A DNA stretch of 20,000 nt, taken from the IMG/VR virus record IMGVR_UViG_3300032304_000757, one strand, 5' to 3'. This DNA is from an uncultured virus (IMG/VR IMGVR_UViG_3300032304_000757). Its lineage: Duplodnaviria > Heunggongvirae > Uroviricota > Caudoviricetes. Shown here in pieces: positions 7,201 through 16,110 of the stretch (the first letter of the stretch is position 1; every line of letters starts with the position of its first letter). Under the pieces are notes generated by a model. It made no database searches. It saw nothing but the letters and a program-made list of their open reading frames with translations, and was not told the origin of the DNA. The translations under genes and the position numbers were made by a program.

Positions 7201-8835
7201 TTAGCATTTACCGGCGACGGTACAACATTTAGTCATGCCACGATGACAGGTGCGTTGACATTTACTTTAAACAATACAACACCTAACGATCCGTTTATTG
7301 TATCAACAATCAACGATAACGTTATTGTCAATGACGATGTTAACTACGATGCTGCTATTTTACAACACAAACTGAGATTAAATTATATCCGCGATACTGC
7401 TGCTGATGGATTTGTTATCACAGCGTATACCACTGTTGGAGCGCCATCTGGCCATACTAGATTTACTGCCAACGGTCACGGCATTGCTGAGAATGACAGC
7501 ATCGAAATTGCTGGCGAAACTACAGGAACACTCACTGGTATTAACAAACGTTGGAAAGCTGTTAATATTACTACAAATACCTTCGATGTGCCTATCACAG
7601 GTCTTACAGGTGTTCTAAGTGGCAATGCCAAAGTAAGAGAACCTGGAATACTTAGCGGTGCTAAGACTTCTGAATTCCAAGTATCAGCTAACGGTTTCCT
7701 ACAATTAAGAGCATCAAGTAGTGTATCGACTGGTGTTACATTTGATAAACTTGCGTATATTGATCCTGCGGTATATGATGCTACAGACGAAACATCGTAT
7801 GCTGGCGGTGGTACTAAACTACTAGGTAGACGTGCTTTACCAACATCAGGTAGTGTAATAGGACAACCGGTGCCTATTGATGCTAGAACTATTATAAGAG
7901 ACGGTTTTGGTATATCTAAGTTTGATGTGCCATTAGAAGGAGTGTTGGCAAGAATTGATTTAAGTAATGATCCAACTGACGTTAGTTTTACATCAATTGG
8001 TTACGGTTCTGCTAACAGTGGAAACGATCTAGTTCGTAGAGATGCCAGCGGCGATTTTAGTGCGAATGCAGTAACTGTTAATAGTTTACTGTCCAACGGT
8101 AATATTACTATTGTTACTGCTCCGGCAGATGTAGCTAGTCCTAAAGGCATTAGGATGACTATCAATAGCACTACCGCTACTGTTTTGCAGAGAGCGGTAG
8201 AAGCTTCATCTGACAATGCTTACAAGACTGTGCTAAGAAACGGCAATGGTGGAAACGGTATTGTTATTGTTGACGGTAACAGTAGTACAAACAAACATAC
8301 CGACTATTATGCCGACGAGCATCGATTCTATGACGCAACCGGTGGGTCTGGTACTATTGCTCTCGGAAGTGGTATTTTAAAATCAAATAGCGGATCTGGG
8401 GCTGTTGTTCAAGGTAGATGGACATTAGATGCTGGTGCTTACTTCCAAGCTACATGGGCCGACTTGGCAGAATGGTATTCGTCAGATAAAGAGTACCAGC
8501 CAGGCACTGTGTTAGAGTTTGGTGGTGATGCCGAAGTTCGTGCTTCAAGCAAACAAGGTACTACGAGAGTAGCTGGTGTTGTAACAACTAATCCAGCATT
8601 CGTAATGAACCAAGGCTTAGAAGGCACAAGAACATGCGTGGCACTTCAAGGTCGCGTTCCATGTAAAGTAGTAGGCAAAGTACAAAAAGGTGATTTAATG
8701 ATCACAAGTTCAATCCCGGGAGTTGCTGTTTCATCAGGCGAGGTCGCACAACCTGGCACCATTATCGGTAAAGCATTACAAAATTATGACAGCGATCATA
8801 TTGGTTCGATAGAAGTTGCTGTAGGGAGATTATAA
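1213..8835 (+). CDS. Giant virion structural protein (baseplate wedge/tail fibre-spike), 2540 aa
   Basis: N-terminus [30 protein letters not shown] resembles the T4 gp9/gp10 N-terminal motif. Pectin-lyase-like beta-helix cap motifs ([24 protein letters not shown]...[13 protein letters not shown]), GxGY repeats and TKxYVD motifs. C-terminal ADLAE...GVVTTNP...[11 protein letters not shown]...IIGKAL domain resembles intramolecular-chaperone/peptidase G2-type fibre ends. Confidence 0.85.
   Translation: [2540 protein letters not shown]
3460..4200 (+). repeat. Two protein-level repeats with a CxRDVGxxxDA core inside the giant protein
   Basis: [17 protein letters not shown]...[13 protein letters not shown] (Cys codon 3562) and [17 protein letters not shown]...[13 protein letters not shown] (Cys codon 3991), 143 codons apart. 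Confidence 0.85.
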
Positions 8836-8837
8836 GA

Positions 8838-9743
8838 ATGGCACAGAGAACATTATCAATAACACCCCCAGTAACTTGGGAAAAATTTGGCGGAGAGACC
8901 GAATCAATCTTTGCCAAGATCAATGACAACTTTACTGAACTATATCTCAGTATTGGAGGTTCGGGGGTTGACTTAACATCACTCGGATCTAGTTTAATCC
9001 CAAACTTTGATGAAGATCACGACCTAGGATCTAGTAGTAAAAAATGGGATAACATTTATGTAAGTTCAACAGGGTTACACATTGGAACTGCTGTAATTAC
9101 TTCTACGGGCAGTATTGTAGATCTACCATTAGGTTCGACTATCGGTGGTGTTCCTCCTGACGTACCTGACGATCTATCAGTCACATCAATAGAACTAGAT
9201 TCAGGAGTATCAGTTAACAACATCAGCTCAGATACTACCTTTGGTGTAGATGTTGATAATTCTACGTTATCTACCAAGTTAGCAATAAAAACCTATGTTG
9301 ACAACGAAATACCAACAGACATTAATCAGTTATCTGATGTTGATAGTCTCCTTGGAGCAGCTTTAGAAAGCAGAACAACTGCTGTCGGAACTACTAGTGG
9401 GTTAGCAAACAATGCTTCAGAAAATTTAACTGTAGTAGGTTTTAAGAGTTATGCGTTGTTAAAAATATCAACCAATAGAGCCTCATGGATAAGAGTGTAT
9501 ACTTCGCAGGCTGCTAGAACTGCTGACACTTCAAGATTGATTACTGATGACCCATTACCTGGATCTGGAGTTATTGCTGAAGCTATTACAGACGGGTTTA
9601 CTCCAGTATTAATATCTCCAAGTATCATCGGTTTCAATGACGAAACTATACCTACATCTGACATTTATATTAGAGTAACCAACACATCAGGTACTACCGG
9701 GTCTGTCACCGTGACATTATTTTTGATAAAATTAGAGGCTTAA
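8838..9743 (+). CDS. Putative tail fibre/baseplate-associated structural protein (301 aa)
   Basis: FAKINDNFTELY N-terminal motif shared with the giant protein; IPxxDExxDLGxSxKKWxxIY module; STKLAIKTYVD motif; Ser/Thr-rich. Confidence 0.7.
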   Translation: MAQRTLSITPPVTWEKFGGETESIFAKINDNFTELYLSIGGSGVDLTSLGSSLIPNFDEDHDLGSSSKKWDNIYVSSTGLHIGTAVITSTGSIVDLPLGSTIGGVPPDVPDDLSVTSIELDSGVSVNNISSDTTFGVDVDNSTLSTKLAIKTYVDNEIPTDINQLSDVDSLLGAALESRTTAVGTTSGLANNASENLTVVGFKSYALLKISTNRASWIRVYTSQAARTADTSRLITDDPLPGSGVIAEAITDGFTPVLISPSIIGFNDETIPTSDIYIRVTNTSGTTGSVTVTLFLIKLEA

Positions 9744-9744
9744 C

Positions 9745-11400
9745 ATGTCCGAAATAGATCGTTATGAATTTATAGTGACTCTTAAAAATAGAGAGGATCT
9801 ACCTAATTTCTATGACGACATGGAAACTCCTGGCGGCGATTTATACATTCCCGATCGTGCTGTAGCTGTGGCCAGCAGAAGACATATCAGCAGAAATACT
9901 CATTATTATCTCACAGAACAAGAAGCAGATTTATTAAAAAATGATACTCGAGTATTGGCAGTATCTAGATTGCCTAGAGATCTTGGCATGGTACCTATTT
10001 CACACTGGCAGCAGACTGGAAAATTTGAAAAAAGTACTGCTGTTCAATCCACTGATAAGAATTGGGGATTGGCTAGAATTGTTAATGGAGTTCAAACTGA
10101 CAATTGGGGCAACAATGGACTTTTTAACGAATTACAAACTTCCATAATTACTGATTCAGCAGGCGAGCACGTGGATGTTGTAATCGTAGATGCCCATATA
10201 AATCCCAATCATCCCGAATTTGCTGTCAACGAGGACGGCACCGGCGGAACCAGGGTTATTCAATACGACTGGTTTCAGCATCAGACAGAGGTCGGATTGA
10301 GCGGATTAGGAACATACAGTTACACTAGTTTTAGTAGTAATCATGGCACACACGTAGCAGGAACCGTGGCAGGCAATACTCAGGGGTGGGCTAGAAAATC
10401 TAATATTTATTATATGGAATTTAATTACAACCCATTTTCTCAACCAGATGGGTGGGCAGTATATCTATTTGATTTTATTAGAGCATGGCACAACAGCAAA
10501 CCAATTAACCCAATCACTGGACGCAGAAATCCCACTGTGACCAATAACAGCTGGGGATATAGTTATGGTTCTATTTCCCTAAGTGGTATTACTAGTGTGA
10601 CCTATCGCGGAGCAACCACTAACTTAACTGGTTTGACTACCGCAGCTAAAAAAATTCAGTTAGAAAACAATGGTGTTCCTGTGCCAGCTTCAACGTTTCT
10701 GTTTAGGACGCCAGCAAGACTCTATGCGTTAGATGCTGATGTAACTGATGCGGTTGAAGACGGAATTATCGTAGTGGCATCAGCTGGCAACAGTTATTGG
10801 AATATGACCGACGACCCTAATCATCCAGATTACAATAACAACGTGTTTGACGGCGGAGTGCTTTATCATTCCAACGGTTCTAGTCCGGGTGCGGCAGAAG
10901 GTGCTATCTGCGTAGGTGCGTTAAGTACTTTTACCCAAGAATATAAAGCAAATTTCAGCAATTATGGCGATAGAATAGATATCTGGGCACCTGGACAAAA
11001 TATAATATCAGCTGTTTTTAATTCCACGGCAGCTCAAGAGTTTGGTATTTCACTGGCTGATGACCCGAGAAATTCTGCTTTTAAAATAGGATCAATATCA
11101 GGTACCAGTATGTCTGGACCACAGGTAGCAGGAGTAATTGCTTGCATGATGAGCAGATATCCTAACTATACTCCAGAAGAATTGTACAATTATTTAATTG
11201 CCAATGCTAAAACAGGCCAGATAGGAACCACCAACGGAAATCATGGAGATTATACAAATATCAGAGATAGTGTAAACAACTATCTGTATTTTCCAGTAGA
11301 AAGAGCACAACAAGGCACAGCTTTTCCAGACGTTAGCTACGATCTACGTCCAACCACAGGCAACATATATCCTCGACTACGTATTAGAAGACGCGGATAA
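9745..11400 (+). CDS. Subtilisin-like serine protease, peptidase S8 (551 aa)
   Basis: Catalytic motifs in the correct order: VDVVIVD (Asp), NHGTHVAGTVAG (His), VASAGNS (oxyanion Asn), ISGTSMSGPQVAG (Ser). Also FSNYG..IDIWAPG. N-terminal propeptide-like region, no signal peptide. Confidence 0.93.
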   Translation: MSEIDRYEFIVTLKNREDLPNFYDDMETPGGDLYIPDRAVAVASRRHISRNTHYYLTEQEADLLKNDTRVLAVSRLPRDLGMVPISHWQQTGKFEKSTAVQSTDKNWGLARIVNGVQTDNWGNNGLFNELQTSIITDSAGEHVDVVIVDAHINPNHPEFAVNEDGTGGTRVIQYDWFQHQTEVGLSGLGTYSYTSFSSNHGTHVAGTVAGNTQGWARKSNIYYMEFNYNPFSQPDGWAVYLFDFIRAWHNSKPINPITGRRNPTVTNNSWGYSYGSISLSGITSVTYRGATTNLTGLTTAAKKIQLENNGVPVPASTFLFRTPARLYALDADVTDAVEDGIIVVASAGNSYWNMTDDPNHPDYNNNVFDGGVLYHSNGSSPGAAEGAICVGALSTFTQEYKANFSNYGDRIDIWAPGQNIISAVFNSTAAQEFGISLADDPRNSAFKIGSISGTSMSGPQVAGVIACMMSRYPNYTPEELYNYLIANAKTGQIGTTNGNHGDYTNIRDSVNNYLYFPVERAQQGTAFPDVSYDLRPTTGNIYPRLRIRRRG

Positions 11401-11403
11401 ATA
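11398..11403 (+). promoter_or_regulatory. TAAATA late-promoter-like box overlapping the protease stop codon
   Basis: gaTAAATAtt ~20 nt before ATG 11423. Confidence 0.5.
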
Positions 11404-11422
11404 TTAGAGAGAAACAAAGACT

Positions 11423-12142
11423 ATGGCTATAGAAACAGTAAACCTAGGAAATTTAGTTAACGACGGGCTCGGTGACGATCTACGCACGGCGTTTCAAAAG
11501 GTTAATAACAGCTTATTATCCTTAAACAGCGAACTGGTGTTATCAGGTCGAAGCCTAGGTGACGGCGCTGCTGTTTATAAAAGAAAATCAAATGCTAGTG
11601 GGGACACAACAATAACTCCCGAAGTAAATGCTGATAGATTAGAATTTAGATCAATTAAAGGATCAGCTAACGTAGTTGTAACAGAAAACTTAAATGATGT
11701 TACTATTTCTAGTCCGTTACAAAATGTGTTTACTAAAGTTTCAGTTCCCGAAGCTAGTATTATTATCGGAGCAGATACCTCCGATACTACGCTAACTCTA
11801 ATAGGTGGTATTAACACTTCGTTGGCAGTCAATGGTAAAACTATTACAATTAACACAGATCCTGTAGGAAATATTCTTTTACAAGACTTAGATTTAAACA
11901 CAAACGATATTATCGGTACCGGTAATATAACAATTAACGGAAACATAACTGCTAATAACTTTAGCGGAGACCTTTGGGGCTATAATGGTTTTGAATCAGT
12001 GAGTGCGTTGTATTCATTTGATTTTGGAACTTATACAAATGTGTTCAACAATGCTCTACAATTTATTGTTTCCAATACTGACTTTGATATGGGGACTATC
12101 TTAACCCCAACTGATCTAGAAATAGATCTCGGCACGTTTTAA
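11423..12142 (+). CDS. Structural protein with gp9/gp10-like N-terminus (239 aa)
   Basis: VNLGNLVNDGLGDDLRTAFQKVN N-terminus; LDLNTNDIIGTGNITINGNI fibre-like beta repeat. Confidence 0.75.
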   Translation: MAIETVNLGNLVNDGLGDDLRTAFQKVNNSLLSLNSELVLSGRSLGDGAAVYKRKSNASGDTTITPEVNADRLEFRSIKGSANVVVTENLNDVTISSPLQNVFTKVSVPEASIIIGADTSDTTLTLIGGINTSLAVNGKTITINTDPVGNILLQDLDLNTNDIIGTGNITINGNITANNFSGDLWGYNGFESVSALYSFDFGTYTNVFNNALQFIVSNTDFDMGTILTPTDLEIDLGTF

Positions 12143-12155
12143 CGGAGAATTATAA

Positions 12156-13526
12156 ATGGCTCTAAGATTAAAAAGAGGAACAACAGCTGAAAGATTAACT
12201 TACACTCCACTCAATGGAGAACTAGTTTATGATTCGGATCAAAAAGCGATCTATATAGGAGACGGAGCCATAGTAGGCGGAAAACTATTAGCTAGCGGTG
12301 GAACAATTATCGATGACATTATTCTTAATGGAAATGACATCACAGGCTCGGGTAACATTGACATAACTGGCGATATAGACGTTGCGGGTAATATTCATGC
12401 TACTGGAAATATTACATCTGACGGCACTATTACATTAGGTAACAACAATGCCGACGCAGTCGAATTCAAAGCAGAAATAATTTCTAATATTATTCCAGAT
12501 GTTGACGAAACCTATGATCTAGGAACAAGTTTAAAGAAATGGAATACCATTTATGCTAATGTAATCGAAGCCACTGATGTAAATGGCAACACTAACGGAT
12601 TTCACACCGGCGATGTTGAGGGCTCTATACGTGCTAATGATTCGTCATTATTAGTTGATGCTACATCAGGAAGAATTGTAGGACCTGTATTTGCCAATGT
12701 TACAGGCAATACTGCCGGTACACATACTGGCAACGTGATTGGTAACGTGCTTGGTGATGTCAACGGTAACGTAGACGGTGTAGTCACAGGAACATTTATT
12801 GGAGCAGTATCGACACCAGACGGTACTGTTATTTTTGATACTAGATCTTCTGGTGATATCACTTTGCCAGCTAATTTACTAGGCGATGTTTATGGTTCAG
12901 TATTTGGTGATAACTCAACTAGACTTATCGATGCCGATGCTAACATTATTAATACCGACGGCACAGTTATCGAAATTGTTCCAACTGTCAACGGAGCATA
13001 TCGAGTTGGTACTAGAGAAGCAAGATTTTCAGTGTTACACTTAGCTAATGGTGTTAACATCGACGATCGACACATAAGAATAGAAAGTAATAAAATTTCA
13101 GCATGGGGCGGTATTTCACATAACGTCGAAGTTACAACAACACTAAGTGCAGATATTCTCGAGGGTGTTCCTACAACTAATTTTACCGTTACATCTGGGT
13201 CGGGTATTAAACCCGGAGCTAAATTTTATCTAAACGGAACCAGCGAGATAACCGTTAGTACCGTTGTAGGGGGCACAGTAACTACAACTGGTTTGTTTAC
13301 ACCATCAGGCAACTTACTGGGCCAAACTGTTAAATTTTATAATCCATCATCGCCAACTCCAGGCGTTACATTTAGAGATGTAGCACCTGTTACATCAAAA
13401 GGTCTTAACGGTGACAAACCAGGAATGGTGTTTGCCAACGCAAATTACATTTACTTTTGTATAGCAAATTGGGACGGAACAAGTGATATTTGGGTTAGAA
13501 CACCAGTAGTGGTAGCAACATTCTAA
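12156..13526 (+). CDS. Putative tail fibre protein with Mtd_N/hyaluronidase-type N-terminal domain (456 aa)
   Basis: LRLKRGT...TPLNGELVYDSD...IYIGDG N-terminus; G-N/D-V-x tetrapeptide repeats (GNVIGNVLGDVNGNVDGVVTG); Shine-Dalgarno GGAGA upstream. Confidence 0.75.
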   Translation: MALRLKRGTTAERLTYTPLNGELVYDSDQKAIYIGDGAIVGGKLLASGGTIIDDIILNGNDITGSGNIDITGDIDVAGNIHATGNITSDGTITLGNNNADAVEFKAEIISNIIPDVDETYDLGTSLKKWNTIYANVIEATDVNGNTNGFHTGDVEGSIRANDSSLLVDATSGRIVGPVFANVTGNTAGTHTGNVIGNVLGDVNGNVDGVVTGTFIGAVSTPDGTVIFDTRSSGDITLPANLLGDVYGSVFGDNSTRLIDADANIINTDGTVIEIVPTVNGAYRVGTREARFSVLHLANGVNIDDRHIRIESNKISAWGGISHNVEVTTTLSADILEGVPTTNFTVTSGSGIKPGAKFYLNGTSEITVSTVVGGTVTTTGLFTPSGNLLGQTVKFYNPSSPTPGVTFRDVAPVTSKGLNGDKPGMVFANANYIYFCIANWDGTSDIWVRTPVVVATF

Positions 13527-13536
13527 GGAATCATGA

Positions 13537-16110
13537 ATGGCACTGTCTTGGATAACTCTCCCGGGATCTCTGGGCACCATAAACGAAAGAGACAGGCAAT
13601 CTATACAACTACTTGCCTCGTCGACTCGGGGTCCGATAACATTTTCATTACAGGCAGGCACATTACCAAAGGGTCTAAGATTAGAAAATAACGAGATCCT
13701 TGGTACTCCGTTGGAGGTTTCAAAACCAACTACCAGTAGATTTGTTATTAGAGCCAACGACGGAGTAGAAAGTAAAGATCAAACATTTAGTATCTCCGTC
13801 GAAGGGTATGACGAACCACGTTGGGTAACCAGCGAAGGTCTATTACCGGTTGGGCCAAATTCTACTTTCTTTGTGTTAGACAATGACAAGGTAGATTTTC
13901 AACTTGTTGCTCTAGACCCAGATATCCCGGCCGGTGATACTATTGAATATTATGTTCCCTACAACGGCGGTGAGTTACCTCCCGGACTATCACTTTCAAA
14001 GTCCGGCAGAATAACAGGGTTCACTGATCCAATATTTGCGTTGGAATATAAAATTTACAGCGGTAATTATGATTTAAATCTGTTTGATTCTGAACCATAC
14101 GATCTAGGCACTAGACCAATCAACGGTTTTGACAGTTTTACATTTGACGAAAGAACATTTGACTACTTTGATGAAACTGGATTTCCAAGAAGACTAACTA
14201 GATACTATCAATTTACAGTAGTAGCCACAGACGGACTATTTGAAGACCGTCGATCGTTTCAAATATATGTAGTCAGCGAAGATTTTCTACGATCAGACAA
14301 CACTATAATGCAGGTCGGTACAGGTATATTCCGTGCCGACAATACCTACATAAGAAAGCCTATTTGGATCACTGAACCAAATTTAGGCATCCGACGTGCC
14401 AATAATTATGTAACAGTATACCTCGATGTGTTTGATCCTCCGTCGATGCCAGGATACATTTCGTATCGATACGAAACAATTAATCCAGAGTTTAGTGGTA
14501 AAGCTATTAGAATCTTTCGTGACGAAACAGATTATATTGAAATAGATATAATTCCCGCAGTATCTGGGACTACAGGTATTCCAAGAAGAAATCAAAAATT
14601 TGTTGTAGCAACTGTATATAATTTTTTAGACAGTAGTCTTGGAACATACACTATTACTAATGTAGAAAAGATCAGCGGCTACTCCGCTCGATACGGCATT
14701 ACGTTTGATCCTAGCCTTGGAGATCGTGTTATCGAAGGCGCTGAAATAATTTTCGGTGACGACAGTATCCTTCCACCAGGTCTAACACTAGACACTATCA
14801 CTGGAGAATTGGTAGGGAATTTGCCGTACCAACCAAGAATAACAAAAGATTATAGATTTACAGTTAGTGCTATTAACACCTATGACAACGGAGTTGCCGT
14901 ATCAACACCAAGAACATTTAGCCTACAGGTACTAGGTGAAATTGAAAGCGGTATTGAATGGATATCCGATAGAAACATTGGATCAATTAGTCCTAATAAA
15001 GACAGTATGCTCTACGTCGAAGCGATATCTAAACTAGGTGGAAAAAATATTTTATATTCGCTTAGATCAGGGGATCTTCCTCCCGGGTTACGACTACTAC
15101 CGTCTGGGGAAATTTACGGCAAGGTAAATCAGATTGGTACCGAAACCGTATCAGGCATTACACGATTTTACAACTGGGACGGAAGTTCTGCTCGTGACTA
15201 CACCACAACAACATTTGATAGTAATCTAACATCATTTGACAGAGTGTATACATTTGTAATTGAAGCTAGAGACATTCTTAATTATTCAGAGACTGCTAAG
15301 ACATTTCAAATTACAGTTCAAACACAAGCAGATATCATCTATAGTAATTTATATTTTAAAGCATATCAGAAAAGATCTAAGAGAGATGTCTGGAATAACT
15401 TTATTTCAGATTACTCTGTTTTTGAACCTGAGAAAATTTATCGATACGGTGACCCGGCATTTGGTGTACAAGACGAAATAAAGATGTTAATGTTTGCTGG
15501 TATTGAAAGCAATAATGCTGAAACATTTATTCAAGCAATCAGCAGAAATCATTATTTTAAAAGATTAAGTTTTGGTAGTATAAAAAAAGCTGTGGCTAAA
15601 GATCCCATTACTCAAGAAGTTGTCTATGAAGTAATATATGTAGATATCATCGATTCATTAATTAAAAATAATAAAAGCATTTCTGATGTAGTTAGCTTAC
15701 GTGATAATATAAACAGTAAATTTTTAGTTAACAACACTAGAATAAATGTCAGCAGCGATATTCCATTAGCTAGCGACAGCGATTACCAGCGTGTGTTTCC
15801 TAACTCTATTAAGAACATGCGTAAAAAAATCAAAGGTACTGGTCTACGAGATCGATCATACTTGCCATTGTGGATGAGAAGTATTCAAGAAGATCAATTT
15901 GCTGAGCCAGGATTTGTTAGTGCATTACCATTATGTTTTGCTAAACCGAACACAGGTGATGACATTATTTTGAACATAAAGAAAAACGGATTTGATTTTA
16001 AGATTTTAGACTTTGAAGTAGATCGGTATGTTATTGATTCTTTAGACGGTGAGTTAGAGGATAAATATCTCGCATTTCCTACTTTTGAAGCAGACAGATT
16101 TAGACAATAA
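13537..16110 (+). CDS. Virion/baseplate-type protein with four putative Ig (He_PIG-like) domains (857 aa)
   Basis: Four LPxGLxL...GxI/LxG motifs (TLPKGLRL, ELPPGLSL, ILPPGLTL, DLPPGLRL), each followed by F-x-V/I-x-A strands. Confidence 0.75.
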   Translation: MALSWITLPGSLGTINERDRQSIQLLASSTRGPITFSLQAGTLPKGLRLENNEILGTPLEVSKPTTSRFVIRANDGVESKDQTFSISVEGYDEPRWVTSEGLLPVGPNSTFFVLDNDKVDFQLVALDPDIPAGDTIEYYVPYNGGELPPGLSLSKSGRITGFTDPIFALEYKIYSGNYDLNLFDSEPYDLGTRPINGFDSFTFDERTFDYFDETGFPRRLTRYYQFTVVATDGLFEDRRSFQIYVVSEDFLRSDNTIMQVGTGIFRADNTYIRKPIWITEPNLGIRRANNYVTVYLDVFDPPSMPGYISYRYETINPEFSGKAIRIFRDETDYIEIDIIPAVSGTTGIPRRNQKFVVATVYNFLDSSLGTYTITNVEKISGYSARYGITFDPSLGDRVIEGAEIIFGDDSILPPGLTLDTITGELVGNLPYQPRITKDYRFTVSAINTYDNGVAVSTPRTFSLQVLGEIESGIEWISDRNIGSISPNKDSMLYVEAISKLGGKNILYSLRSGDLPPGLRLLPSGEIYGKVNQIGTETVSGITRFYNWDGSSARDYTTTTFDSNLTSFDRVYTFVIEARDILNYSETAKTFQITVQTQADIIYSNLYFKAYQKRSKRDVWNNFISDYSVFEPEKIYRYGDPAFGVQDEIKMLMFAGIESNNAETFIQAISRNHYFKRLSFGSIKKAVAKDPITQEVVYEVIYVDIIDSLIKNNKSISDVVSLRDNINSKFLVNNTRINVSSDIPLASDSDYQRVFPNSIKNMRKKIKGTGLRDRSYLPLWMRSIQEDQFAEPGFVSALPLCFAKPNTGDDIILNIKKNGFDFKILDFEVDRYVIDSLDGELEDKYLAFPTFEADRFRQ

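Noticed and set aside
12700..12800. GGYAAYGTN-like nucleotide periodicity as a tandem repeat or CRISPR array
   Set aside because: Explained by degenerate codons for G-N/D-V-x peptide repeats; no identical repeats with spacers.
12156..13526. Diversity-generating retroelement target, suggested by the Mtd_N-like N-terminus
   Set aside because: No reverse transcriptase, no TR/VR near-duplicate differing at adenines, and no C-type-lectin-like C-terminus seen in the window.
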